NCBI RefSeq assembly: GCF_037042905.1
Contig: NC_087252.1
Span: forward strand, 16,556,001-16,620,000
Direction: 5' to 3'
Source of the DNA: Lytechinus pictus
Lineage: Eukaryota
DNA: 64,000 nucleotides
Part shown: piece by piece, positions 26,793-40,704 of the stretch
How positions within the stretch are numbered: the stretch's first letter is position 1
Layout: every line of letters begins with the position of its first letter
The notes under the pieces: model-generated
The model's input: only the letters and a program-made list of their open reading frames with translations
Databases searched by the model: none
Told to the model about the DNA's origin: nothing
Program-made: the position numbers and the translations under genes

Positions 26793-29700
26793 AAAATACT
26801 AGTAATAATACTCCAATTTTCTAATTGTCAATAGAACTAACGTCCATGGGTCCACTTAAGATTGTCGAGGAAGATGTAGAATAGGCCACTTTCGAGCGAT
26901 GCTACTCTTTGATTTTTTTTAGTGAGGAGAGGTTTATGCTATTCATTATGAAAGGTCCTTGATTTGGACCCAAAATTGGAAAAAGATTATCGTTACCAAT
27001 TGGACATCATCGAATAAAATAACGGCTATAAAAGATTGTGATCGCATCTCAACGAGTGATAGAGGGGTGTGTGTACTTTAAACAAGTAAGAGATGAGTTT
27101 TCGCACCCGTCTGTTTTTCCACCAGTCTCAGTCCCCCACCACCACTCTTTTCTCGCCTTCCAACCAGTGTTTGTACACCAAATCACGTGACACTTATCGC
27201 AATCAGACCTGTCATTAGACGATGTCGTAGCTCGTAAAAGAAGAGATCAAATTCAATTCTTTTCGAGCAGTTTTCTTTCGTTCAATATTTGTTCGCGTCG
27301 TTGAGTTGACTGCGCTTGGCGAGATACCCCTCTTCGTTTTTTCCCCTCACCCTCTTACCTCATCTACCTATTTCTCTCCTTGTCTCCCGATTTCTCTCCT
27401 GGTCTCCCCATTTCTCTTTTACCTCCATTCTTTTCCTTCTGCCATGTCTGCCCCTCTACCAGAGTGCCTCTCTTTGAGTGCCTCTCTTTCTCTTCTACAT
27501 GTTTATTCCAGCCCAACAATGACTTATCTCTTTATTTCACATCTCCGTATTGCCCATCACATTCACTTTATCTTTATGAATGCATGCTCCCATCTGTGTA
27601 TCTCTCTCACTGCCCCTGTCCTTGTGTCCATGTCTTCCCCTGTATGTCTATCTCTGACTCTCTCTCTCTGTTTCTGATTGGCTGGCTCTTATTCTCTCTC
27701 CATCTCTCTCTCTCGACCTATCTTTCCCTTCTCCTTCTTCCTCTGTACTATCTATCATTTTATACCATAATTTGCCATATAAAATGTCACATTTACACAA
27801 TTCATTACATATGACATATAGGTAAATAAGTGAGTTTTTAATTGACGTTACGGTTCATGATTTTACCGCTTTTCATTTAGATACATTATTTTCATTAACA
27901 TTTTTTTCATACGAAATGCATACGAAATACACCAGACGGTGGCCTGTACTGTTTCCAGAAGAAGAAGAAGATCATGACTACAAAAAAACACCCCCAAAAT
28001 GCCGGATGGAGAGCAGAGGACTGTTGCCTTTTCCACTCGCATGGCATGTATATAAGGGGGAGGGGAGAATGTGAGGTACTTAAAGCACGAAGTGTCTAAA
28101 GCCTGAAACCTTTGGTTGGTTATTGAATTATGATGTCATTAAATGACTTAGAAATTGAATTCCCGATACGCATTACTGTCCTTTACACACGGTGCTCTAC
28201 GATGTGGGTTTGGATACTGATAGGACGGTATATACTCCTCTCATTACCTACATGTCATAACGAGCTGAAAAATGTAATGAATATCATTGTAATACACTGC
28301 TTTACTAATTAGAACATTTTAAGTCAAATGGTAAAACAAAGAATCTTGTTACAAATGCGTTTAGCGCCTGAGTGTATATGGGCGGTTTGATGCGTGTGTA
28401 TCGATGTGGGTTCGCGTTGGTATGGGTGTGCGTTCGTGCGTTGCCTACGCCATAATCTGCAGTGCTGTAATGTGCTAACATTGTCTATGTATGGAAAATT
28501 GAAGTATTCGCGAGGACAATTTTGACCTTTTTAAAATGACAATCTTATTTTATAATATACATTATATTCACATGAAAGTCAACAAATACAAGTAATATCA
28601 TATTTCACAGTCGGTATTCATGCCCTTTATTTTTTGGTCGAGGAAATTTGGAGGCTCAGAGACCCCAAGCCCCCCATCCATGCGCCAGTGATAATCTGTA
28701 TATTCTTCTGCCCCTACCCCCGCTCTTGAGTCGTAGTTTGAAACGTCAAATGTCCGCATTTTTGCTTAAGACAAGTAAATTATAAAAAAGAAAAAAAAAA
28801 GAGAAAATAAATGTTTTATTTTTAGGCGATAAAAAGCCAAATCTTTTGTTGATGTTAGGTCATCTCATTGATTCTTTAAATAAGATTGTATGATTTGATG
28901 ATTATTAGAAGCAGTAGTTTCTGTCCCCATTCTAACCATGCCTGATATGAAGAACAAGAATAATCCTTCCCTCTTTAATCAATTTCAACTCTCACCCTTT
29001 CTTCTATCTTCTATCTTTCTGAAGAGGCATTTGCCCTTAACCGTATTCTATCTATAAGAGAACGTCAACATTATCTGGCCTTCCTGCCACTGAAATTCTA
29101 TTTTCCCAACGAAAATTCACTAAGTCAATCTGTTTTGCAGCACACGAACGTATATGCAATGCTCAGGGCCTATGCTGATTTTTCAGCTGTTATGCCAAGG
29201 GTCTACCCCAGAGTTACGGCATGCTGATATAAGAGTGTGCCGCTGGCTTGGTCGGGCGGTTAATTTGACTGGTGCTATTTGAATCCCACTCTTAACGAAA
29301 TCAAACCCAAAACTCAAGGAAATCAATGGAACAACGAACCAAGTCTCCCTCTCTTAAAGGAACCCACATAGCTACACCTATCCTACTTTTTTTTAAAGCA
29401 TTTCTTTTTCAATAAGTTACTTTGATTCAATCAATAATCTAATGATCTTTTTCCATCCTATATGCTAGACAAAAAATATCTACGAGTTATAAAACCTGTT
29501 TAACGTGTAATGAACTCAGTGCCAAAAACTCTTCACTTACTTTCTAATTTCATTAATTTTTAAAAATCTTTACTTAATTCTGCTGTTTCATATCATTGAA
29601 ACACAAGAGACAGGCTTATTATAATGAGCTATATAAGAAACTGAATTTCAAAGAGTATTCCTTCCAAAAATTTATTTAGTATCACTCTATGATAAATACA

Positions 29701-30289
29701 TAAATGGTCGTGCTCTGTACCTACTATATCACAACAAGAAAAGTACTGATTAAAAACACATGTTAGATTAAGAGAACGAAAAAATTATTAAGAGCTAGAT
29801 AAAAGATACAAGAAAGTAAATATGATGAAAATAGATATTTTCAATCGAAAAGATTCCAGGAAAAGCAATTTGGCGCCTATTTACTTTAATAACATGGACA
29901 AAGGTAAATATGAATTCATTGAGAAAAATAAAGGTTGGATTGCAAATCAACCAATAATCTTTGAAAGGGTCATACCGATCCGAAGAATTAGTGAATGAAT
30001 TCCATTATATCGAGTGTTTCATAAGATTCCCCTTTATCTAGCTAAAGGCACATTAAATCATCACCACTATTGTTGTAAATATCAATTGTCATTTTCAAGT
30101 GCATTACAGATATTGGTCATTGGGGAGTTCCGCTCAGCGACGTTTCAAGAACATAGTAATTGTATTGTCAAATACCATTCATGACAAAGAACAGCAACTT
30201 GTAATTACGTCATAATTGACAGTGCGCATTGTGACGCATACTCTGAATGGGGAGTCGAGTGCAAAGCTTAATAACCTATCTTTTGAATG

Positions 30290-30750
30290 ACCGATAACTA
30301 ATCACCCATTGCAATATATCGCGAGTGGCGATAACGTCTGAATGAAATATGACTTATCGCCTGTCGCAATCTGTCACAAGTGACGATAACGTCTGAACGA
30401 AATATGACTTATCGCCTGTCGCAATCTGTCACAAGTGACGATAACGTCTGAATTAAATGTTACCGATCGCCTGTCGCAATCTGTCACAAGTGACGATAAC
30501 ATCTGAATGAAATGTTACTGATCGAAAGTTACAATATATAACGGGTGGCAATAACGACTAAATAATACTATAGGGCCTACTGATCGCCTGCTGCAATCTA
30601 TCTCATGTGACGATAACGTCTGAACGATATATTACTGATAACCTGTTGCAATCAATCGCAAGCGGAGATAACGTTTGAATGATATGTTACTGTTTCGCCT
30701 TTTGAAAACTATCGCACGTGATGATAACATCTGAATGACACGTTAGTGAT
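30290..30750. repeat. 55-bp tandem repeat, ~8 copies
   Basis: GCAATCTGTCACAAGTGACGATAAC recurs at 30366, 30421 and 30476, with degenerate flanking copies. Confidence 0.92.
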
Positions 30751-30763
30751 AACCACTGGTTAC

Positions 30764-30937
30764 ATTCTTAAAATGTTGGGCAGCATATTGTCCACACAAC
30801 AATTGGTTAAAAAGCTTTATCCAACTCTGGGTATTTTTTCACCCAATACTGTGTAGTTTTTACCCAAAGCACACATTATTGGTGTAAAAATACACAGAAT
30901 TTGATAAAATTTTAACCAATTGTTATTTTTAAGAGTG
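30764..30937. mobile_element. CACTA-like MITE
   Basis: ta|CATTCTTAAAA...TTTTAAGAGTG|ta with internal AACAATTGGTTAAAA/TTTTAACCAATTGTT inversion. Confidence 0.7.
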
Positions 30938-33900
30938 TACTGACAATCCTATCTGTTTTTAACGTTTGAAAGCGACCCCAGTAATTTGATATTTACATCG
31001 TGAAGCGAAAGTGGAGGTGGGAGGGGGGGGGGCGTATGTGTGTCTGTAAACATAGTCAGGTGTCAACGAATAAAAAAAGTCCTCATATACTTCGGCGAAT
31101 ATCGAGGGTAACTAATCAATAATAAGTGTCAAGTGAAGACAAATGGTATAATAAGGCATCAACACATTCAATATTATGAATAAACCCAAAGAATTCATCC
31201 CTGGAATATTTTGCACCTATTATGGAATAGGGAATATTCATTCTTCCTGCCTATTGAACCCCTTTGGAAAGTAAGGTGATCATATGAAGAGAGAGGTTTA
31301 TGATTGAGAGACGAAGGATGCCTGGAGGGTGCTTAGCTCCGATCAGTAGGGGTATTATTTCATTCGAGAGCTAGCCGGATACAGCCGCCTTCGCCCTCGG
31401 GGTAGACATGGCCACTCTCCACAACAAATAGATATTAAATTCTGTCTAAATATGAAGAAGGCGAGGTTGGGTGAATGGCTGGGGTTGGTTTAGATGCGCC
31501 CTTTGAGGTGATGGGTCGAGAGAGGGTGGAATCATGAATAAGCACTCACAGATACAACGCGTACTTACTGGACAAACTGAAATTCCTTATTCCAAACAAT
31601 AAATAAAATACAAATATAGTATAATGATGATGACGATGATGGTGGTGATGATTAGGATGATAATAACAGCACTTATACTACTACTACTACTGCAACAACA
31701 ACGACTACTACTACTGTAAGAACTATCACTACTACTACTACTACTACTACTGATAACAATAATATCGACATAATTATATATTGCAAAGGTTTTTTTTATA
31801 ATGTCCGATTGAGCTACATTGAAAGTATTATAATAATTGTAATAAATTGTACAAAACGTAAAACTATCAAAAATTAACATATTTAATAAAAGTGCTGCAT
31901 AATATTGTATTACAGTGTATCTAACTAAATTATAAATATCTTCAACAGATCTGCTATGCCTCTTTTTATCTAGCATTATTTAGCATGATGATCCATGGAT
32001 AAAAAAAATCAATATTTAATGGGTTTTGTTTCCATAGACCTACAAGTTACTATCCATGTCAAGAACCAGGGGAAAATGAAACTATGAAGTGCCATCAGTC
32101 AAGTATTTTTTTGAATAACAACATTGGTCGGGAAACGATGATTTTTACTTGAACACATTAATTTATATTTCTAAAAAAGGGCCACGAATGTGAGACTAAT
32201 TGATGAGGCGTTTTTCATGAAATGTAATACATAAAGACGATGATATTGGGAGAGGAAGAGAGAGACAGATAGAGAGAGAGAGAGAGGGGGAGAGAGCGTT
32301 GCATAGCAGCATTCTATGGGAAGGTAATTAAACGGGTGGGTAGTCGGGAAGCCTCAGGGGATTTTCTGCGGCAAGGCGGTTGAAATATCGATAGGATTTT
32401 TATAGCAAAGAAAGCTGAATTCATATGCGAGGAGCTGGGTTCATCTGTTTCACACCTTTTCAAACTCTCTATTGGAAGTAATTGCACTTTTATTATTAAT
32501 ATCAAATTCTTTGATATATACACTAACGATTTTCCTTCGTTCTACCCTCTCATTCTCACTCCACCTTTCCTCCTAGCTCTCTTTCTGTCTCTATCCCCTC
32601 TCTCTCTCCCTTCCTCTCCCTCTATTCCTTTTCTCTCCCCGCTTTCTCTCTTTCTATTCCTCTCTAGCTCCCTTTTCCCCTCTCTGTCTGTGTTTATATC
32701 CCCACTCTCCCCGCTCTCCCTTTCTACCTCTCTCGTTCTCCCTCTCCCCTCTTTCTCTCTTCCTTCTCTCAATTCTTTTTTTCTCTCTGTCCCACTTCCC
32801 ATCATTTCACTTTTTTTTGCATATACCATCTTTCCAGCTTTATTCTATTACCATGATCACCCCTTCTTCATTTATTATTACACCTTCTATTTTAAATGCT
32901 CCCAGATACAATATCTATATGCTGTTTAATAATTTGGTTATCGATAATGATTTATATGCCCTTATGGTACTTTGTATTTTTTTAAGTATAGAAAAAAGTT
33001 TTGAAAAAAAAAAAATCACATGTTGAATTTTTAAAGTCTATTTTCATAAATAAATGTGAATTCGTGTTTATATTTCAAATTCATTTATTTAATCATTGTG
33101 TATACTTGAAAGGAACGACTGGCTAGCTTATACAGTAAATCAACTGGTATTGAATGTATGAAGGTTGTTTGAAAATACTTTTACTGTGTAAATCAACTTA
33201 AAATGATTGATGAAGAATTAATGATTCAGACTTCAAGGTCTGAAAGGAAATCATGTCATTCCAGAATAATTTTACCAATCCCACTAAGTATCCGCTTTAA
33301 AGAATATAGGTACGCAGAAAAACAGTATAATGGATTAAGTAATTTCATATCTTACTAAGATTATAAAGAGCGTATCCCAAAATCAAGAATGTGATATAGC
33401 CAAACGAAGAAAAGATCGTGAGAAATATTTCCGTCTGTTGATATGTCGAATGAAAAGAACTCTGACATGTGTGTGGCCGCATGCAGATTGTTTTTCATGG
33501 AGGGGGGGGGGGGGGCGCCTAATGTTTTGAAGAAACCTGAAAGAAGGGGAGCATAATGGGGTGCTTTTGCATGTCATGAAGTGAAAATTGAAGGTTTTCC
33601 TGCACGCTGTGTTGGGCCATGTGTTTGACGACCGAGTTTGTCAAACAACTTCACATCTAATCAAGATAGCATGGACGTAACCTACGATCTAATGGGGCGT
33701 TGGAAAAAAATTGCTATCAATTACAAGTCTATTTGGGGTCCCCGAATCAATCATATATCTGGCAAAATTTGCAATTGATTGCTGATATGCAACAAGTAGC
33801 ATGGACTTCTTTTTATACTTCTAACATTGATCTATCAATTTCAAATTGCAACGGAAATCTGCAATTTATATAAAAAATATTATGATGCGACACCCCAAGA

Positions 33901-34026
33901 CGACAGTCATGACAGAAAGAATTATACTCCTTAGATTAAAGGCGATGAAAAGTTTGGGATGAGACGTGTGTTTCGTAACAGTTAAAAGCTACTGAAACTG
34001 TCTAATTTGATTGGTTGACATTAAAC

Positions 34027-34178
34027 CAGGGGAGCGTTCTATGAAAGGATTTTATCCGACAAGTCCTGTTTTATCCGACAATTAACATAGTAACGGTACC
34101 TCTTACCCAATCAGAATCAGGGAAAGTTGTCAGATCTGACAACTTGTCGGACAAAAATGTCGATGAAACGCTCCCCTG
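34027..34178. mobile_element. Short palindromic MITE
   Basis: CAGGGGAGCGTT...AACGCTCCCCTG ends; internal TCCGACAAGT/ACTTGTCGGA. Confidence 0.8.
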
Positions 34179-34927
34179 TTATGGAAAGTGTGTGTATGCC
34201 ATTATAATAAGTCTTTTATGAAACAGGACTAGGGGTGACATTGCCTAATACGCGTCGGTTCCGAGGAACATTAAAGAGTCTCCACCAAAACCAAAATCAA
34301 AATGAGCAGAATCAATTTTAAATGACCGAATTGTAGTATCCATTCAATAGAACTCTCCTCAATTCGGACAGTTTAGTCTATTTTGATATAAACGGGTTGG
34401 AAAGGTTATTTTCAAATCTGACGACATTGCGTTTAGGGAATGTTGATATGGTCGCGGTCCACTATTTACATGTCGATAAGGACACGCACAATTCTCAGTC
34501 TGCTAGTAATCTCTACGTCCTACAGGCTATCACACGTTTACATACAACTGGTGATCATTTATTTTGGTCAATCCATGTAAATCAAATTGCAATCTTTTAT
34601 TGGGAATACACTATATAAAATCCGGTGCTAAAAATGACACTGTAGCTGGTGTCAGTAGAGGACCAAACCACGAGGTGATAATGTTATACCCTGCAGATTG
34701 AACATAACAGAGGGGAGTGTAAACCTAACACCCATATGTGTTAAAGTTACACCAACACTTTAAGACCGGAGAAAAAGACTGGTGTTGACCTCTGTGCACA
34801 CCAAACAACAGGACAGTTTTCGCTGTGCACTAGATGCAAGTTAGATATGTAAATACATCTTCTCCAGCTAGCATTTAACATTGAAATATTGATAAAATAA
34901 TTACTTTTTTGATCGTCTTTCATGCAG

Positions 34928-35251
34928 TTTCAGGTTTGGTGGTATGTAACAAAGGACCGCAATTCTACCAGGTGCCCCCATCTGTAGTGGCCTTCGCGAC
35001 TACCCAAGGAGGTCGCTTGACATGCTCAGCCATAGGCGATCCAACTCCCGTGGTTAGATGGGTCATGGCGGTGGACGGATCATCGGTTCAAAACATCGAT
35101 CATATCCGGATAGCCGATGGCAATGGGACCCTGTCATTTTCACCATTCTCGAGCAAGGAGATAATACCCGAAGTCCATGACGGAGTTTACCGATGTATCG
35201 CGACGAACCGGATCGGAAGTATTCGGAGTCCGGATATACGGGTCAATGCCG
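34928..35251 (+). CDS. Dscam: Dscam exon 2: Ig1 domain
   Basis: tttcatgcag| acceptor (alternative tttcag| 6 nt later), G|gtaagt donor. KGPQF..F....G..LTCSAIGDPTP...W...DG...NGTLSFSPF.....EVHDGVYRCIATNRIGSIRSPDIRVNA matches the Dscam/DSCAM Ig1 pattern. Confidence 0.95.
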
Positions 35252-35337
35252 GTAAGTTTATTGAATCGTTTTATCGTGAACGTTGCTTTTGGTGTGCTAT
35301 TTTAAATCAATAATGGCTGATATAGTACTTAACATTA

Positions 35338-35645
35338 GCAGAGCGTTGTGGTCTGCTGGTTCTGACATTCGCCTTTGAAGCCGAGGGTTGTGGGGTCGGA
35401 TCCCGGTCATGGTGTATTTCTTCAGCAAAAAATTGATCCATAATTTGCTGCACTCAGCCCAGGTGAAGTAAATGGGTACCGGTGGGAGGTGGTGCCCGAA
35501 AAAAGCTGTGAGAACCTGAATCGGTAGTCTACCTTAGCCGAGATAATATCGGAACGCCTTGAGCGTCTAACAAGGTTGATATGTGGGCAAAATGAATACC
35601 CTATATTATTGTTGTTATTATTGTAATTATCATTATTATTATTGC
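35338..35645 (+). mobile_element. tRNA-derived SINE with (TTA)n tail
   Basis: Degenerate A/B boxes, core CACTCAGCCCAGGTGAAGTAAATGGGTACCGG, 3' GCCTTGAGCG...TATTATT; its 3' half recurs at ~49702-49870. Confidence 0.78.
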
Positions 35646-35764
35646 AGCGATAATGTATATAAGAAAAGAGCAAAAGTATTTCATGTCTACAGGGAATGTA
35701 AAATCCAAAAAGATAGAAAAAACCCAGAACCCAGTACACTTTGATTTGAATTAAGATTGCTTAC

Positions 35765-35900
35765 CTGGGCCCGTAACACAAAACCTAGCAATGATCGTAG
35801 AACATTTTTTCTTCGATTGATTCCATTGACTACAATGTACAATCAATCGTAAAAATCAATCGTACGATTAATCGCTAACCTTTGTGTGACGGGACCCTGG
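35765..35900. mobile_element. Short palindromic MITE
   Basis: GGGCCCGTAACACAAA...TTTGTGTGACGGGACCC; relative at ~41158-41300. Confidence 0.72.
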
Positions 35901-37032
35901 TGTATTTGATGTAAGTGGAAATAGAAGAAAGGGTCGCAAATAAAATAAATTGCATGAGAATGAGAAAGATAGAGAAAGAGGGAGATATACAGATAAATAG
36001 ATAGATAGAGAGAGAGAGAGAGGGGGGGGGGGGGGGGAGAAAGAGAGAGAAAGTAAAAGTTGCATCTCGAATACATAGATACAATACATTCCAACACACT
36101 CACGCCAAACATTTTTAAAACTGAAATGTCTATCTTCAGGAAGAGTCATGTGATCAAATACTTCAAAATGTCAGAATCCAACTGCGAATTATCAACTACA
36201 CGTTATTTTTAGTTTACCACGGGGTTAAGTGGTTTGAATGAATCAAGGATTTCGAGTGAGGATTGGTTTCAAGACTAAGGGCTAGAAAGACAGCCTCGTC
36301 CAGTAAGAGTAACTGCTCTCCTGATTCTTCGATCGAATTACGCGATTGAATTGAAATGGGAGTCAGTGGTCTAGCAAAGTTAAAATACCACTGGGTGGTA
36401 GAACCACGTAAGTAACCTGTCAACATTTTCAACACTTACTATATACATCAATTTACAGAGACTGTATTTGCTATCGCGAAAGAAGTAGAAATTATCATGC
36501 CCCATTTGCTTGTTCATGTTATTCGTGTTACAATCTAACCATATAAAATATATTAAAATTACGTCACAAAGTAGACATTGGATAATAGTCGCTTAGTCAG
36601 AAAATTAAAATACCATTGATCATTAAGGAAAATCAACATGATTGAATGTATGATAACTTAACTGAGTTTTTGAAATTTCAAGTAAAGAACATAGTTGTTA
36701 TTATGTTGCTTGGCTTGCTATTTACATCGATGACATACTTTAGTGGTGGTGATTTTTTCGACGTTTCTGCGAATGAAAATGAATTATACAATTAAATTCT
36801 GGTTTAACAAAGGCTCTTAGGACGTTGGAGAAAAAAAATTGTATACCTATATACACCAGGAAATCAGATGCGACCATTGCCCTACGACTTGACGGTGGAA
36901 AAAAATGAAAGGATAGAATATAATAAGAACACCTGTTTTTAAACTGTAAATGAAAATAACAATGGGGGTAAAATTAAAATAAACTTGGAAACGTAAATTT
37001 AGTAAGATGTTTAGATCTAAAGAAGATAGCAA

Positions 37033-37155
37033 CACTAGCGTACCTACGGGGGGGCAGGGGGGGGCACTCTGCCCCCCCCTGACGAGCCACAACCCATACA
37101 AAATACATATCACTGCCCCCCCCCCCCCCCCCCCCCCCCCTGACGAGCTTGAAGA

Positions 37156-37188
<33 letters not shown>

Positions 37189-37254
37189 CTTGTCCATTTT
37201 TGGGGCGGCCGATTTTGCCCCCCCCCCCTGTGGAAAATCCTAGGTACGCCACTG
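37033..37254. mobile_element. hAT-like MITE with perfect 8-bp TSD
   Basis: gatagcaa|CACTAGCGTACCTA...TAGGTACGCCACTG|gatagcaa. Confidence 0.92.
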
Positions 37255-40223
37255 GATAGCAAGATACATAGATTTTCAAGAAAGAAAGGAAAGGAGAAAT
37301 TAAATCCGTTGCGAGGACTGGCCTTGTTCGTGAAACAATCATTATAAAGAGTGATAGAAATACGCTCTGTAAAATGTTAAATGTGGACTTGCGACGTTAT
37401 GGTAGTAAGGCGTGCTGTCTTTCTAAACAGTCACAGATTTGTCGTGTTCACAGACCATAGTCGAGTCGTTACGGCCGGGTTCCATTCAGAGCGGCCACAT
37501 TACGCGCTAAGACAGTTCGTTGATTTGATTAGTGTAACGCGGGGGTGACGGTTCTCATGTGTTGAAAGGGTATATGGCTATACATGTCCCTCTATCTCAA
37601 TTCACTGACAAAGTGGCCAATGGGATCTGCATGCTTTAAAGACATCGGTTAGCACTGCCAAGATTCTATTCCCCCCAAAAATCCTGCACTATTATATGTG
37701 TTTTATCTAAAAGATCTATATTTCATTTGGATTAAAAAACACCAAGGTTGAAAACGAAAAATCGAATTCAAGCAGACACGTTCAAGAAATCTGTGACTTT
37801 AAAATCGCCATTTAAAAAATCTTTATTAGTCACATGTGAGTAGATAGTATAATATTGGGATGGTATTTTCGGTCACTTTATTTTTCAATCTTTTCAAGCA
37901 CTTAAAAGTGATTTTCGGGTGTATTTTGTCATGGCCAAAATATTTTCAACTTATTTCAGTCACAGGTGACAAATTGGACCTTGCGGTTCAAATTTTCTTT
38001 TCAAATTAATTCAATGTTAACCAATACTTTAAGTAGAAATTTCAGATTTAAGGCTTTTAAAAACATTGAGACAGTGAGGAGAATGAACACAAATATGCTT
38101 TCTATGTCTTACTTTGTCTTAGTTACGTCCTTCTTAAAGTAAAAAAAAAACCCACCAGCGTAAGTCCTCTGCTACCCAAATTCTCTCTGAGTACTTAAGA
38201 ATGCCGCAATTTTATTCTTTAGTGGTATTTAAAATTTATAGCGAAGACAAACAATGGTTGTTTACTATGTATTTAGCGAGGAACTAAAAAAATACATCAT
38301 GATTTCAATAATTATTCTGGTCCGTTGTAAAAGATCACTTTCATTAATTTTACTTTACATAATTAATTGCATTATGGAAGCATATCAATCCTTCATAGAA
38401 CTCCGGCTTATTGAACTTTTTGTTACTTAATTTCTGTATTTATTTTGTTTCGAGAAAAAATATAAAGCTAAAAACATGAAAATAAAATGTAACAGTTCTG
38501 GAAAGGAAAAGGAAAACTCAAAGGAAATTCCGACTGCTTTGTGAAAAAGAGTTTCCTGATTTATGGCATGAAACTTAATTAGGAAAAATTTAAAGACTAC
38601 AAACATTACGAAGATCAAAGTAGGGGGAAATGATACATTTGAGCTCCTTTGAATGTATAGCACTGCTGTCAATGAACACATATATAAGAGGCCTACATAA
38701 ATACATAATATCTCGATTCCATTATGTGATAAAACTGCATGATAATTTACCCGAAGTTAAAATAATGTGAAAATGCTAGGTGTCAAGATTTATTTGTTAA
38801 AAATTGTTGTTTGATTCAGTCGTTAAAAAGGTTGTTAAATGAAGAAATTTAGAAACCTCAAGTGTGTGTGTGTGTGAGTGGGCGCGCGCGTGTGTGTGTA
38901 AGGAGGATCGTGTGATTGTGTGTTGGTTTAGTAGTTTACACTTAACGTTTTTTCTTTCAGTGGAAAGATTTAAACAAATCATTTACGGGACATAGTAAAA
39001 TCAACAGATATAAACAAATATGTGTTGTTTGAACACAAAATCTATGAAACTGATAAACATCAAGAAATTGCAAATTTCTTCATTCATCCACCCTCCGAAA
39101 TTGTTTCGTTTAAATATATACAGCCAGCATAAAGAAAACGTCTGAGTAAATGTTTTAATATTTAGTGACAGCAGTTTTTCTTGCATTTGTCCGGAAAATA
39201 TAAAAGGTTTTGCATGTAAAATGACAAAATTGAATGTTGATTGCCTGCAACAAGTGAAACAAAATAAACAATTTCTTGAAAAAAATCCATTAAATATAAT
39301 ATTTTAATGAAGGAAAGATATCTGTTAAACTATAACATTTTATTTGTTCATTTTTTTCCTCTTTTGCGGTTGCCAGGTGTTATTTTCTTTCTGTGTCTAT
39401 AACCAACATCCTATTTAAATCGTTGGATCATTCCAGTTAACCAGTCTTCGACAAAGACCTCCCAGCTGTTTTTGTCATTTGACAGGTATTTTCAATACAT
39501 TTTCTGTGTTCTTGAATCCTATTATGTCGCGTAGCAAAATTTTCCTATCGACATTCATTGCTCAACATCATCTTACACAAAGCTCTCGCTTTAAACGTAG
39601 ACAAGGCGAAGCAGATTGATGCGCCCATGCACTGTCTGGTCTGTAGACTACAAAACTCAATGAACCAAACAATGTGATACCGAATCAACTGTGCTGGGAA
39701 ATATGGAAAATAAGAGGAAATAAACTGAAGGGTGTAAGCACGAAAGATGAGACGAGATGAGAGAGAAAAGAGAGAATGTAAAGTGCATTAGCACAGCAAT
39801 ATACTCTTTGAAAAGAATTAAAATGCGTAAACTGTTATACCCCATGCCATTACACTTACAATCGTGAATGAGTGGAGGTATGCACCTGGAAGGTTTACTT
39901 TTCTTCCAAGCGTAAGTAAATACGCCACCGCGCACCCACTTGTGAAAAACCATGTACAAGACTTTTCACTTACCACATATATCCTTCCGCTCCAGCGCCT
40001 TCGATCGCCAATAAAGCGATGGATCGAATGTCCCATTTCTATTTCATATTGGCTGGATGAGAGGCGAGTTCCATACCAGTAGCGAAAGAAAGGGAATAGG
40101 GAAGCTATTATGCAGGAATAAATGTATTTCTGAATGCAGCGTAGATTTATTTGTATTGGATGCCTATATCATTGATAGTATATCCAAGGGGTGGAGGAGA
40201 GGGGGGGGGGGGAGTGTATTTAA

Positions 40224-40704
40224 AAGGGAAGTTCACCCTAGCGAAAAGTTTGTTGCAAATGTAACAGAAAAAAAAAGAAATAAATAATATTGGCGAAAGT
40301 TTGAGGACAATCCATTAAAAATTACAAGAGTTATTATAATTTTACTTTTTTTTTTTACTTGTGTCGTCATATTCGAGCCGCCGCCTCAAATGCAATGTAA
40401 TATAAAACGCATATATTTTGTTTAAAAGGTTCATGATGACTCTTGTTTTTTCTTAAAGGAGCGGGTGTGAAATAGTTTGTTTATATACTGAAGGTGCAAT
40501 AAAAACTATTTTGTTGTTTAAAAAAAAATACACTTGATTTCTTTTACTACACGGTATATAGAAAAGCTGCCCGCATGTCACAAGTGAAAAAAGCTATAAC
40601 TTGGTTAATCTTCGATGGATTTTCCGCAATCCTTCAGAATTTTTGATTATTTTTTTTCCTTGCTATATTCACATTAAACTTTTTCTTCTGGGTGAACTAC
40701 CCCT
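40224..40704. mobile_element. Kolobok-like MITE (TTAA TSD), distant relative of 12218-12820
   Basis: ttaa|AAGGGAAGTTCACCC...GGGTGAACTACCCCT|ttaa. Confidence 0.8.

Noticed and set aside
30290..30750. CRISPR-like array
   Set aside because: Whole units repeat with no unique spacers; eukaryotic intron; no cas genes.
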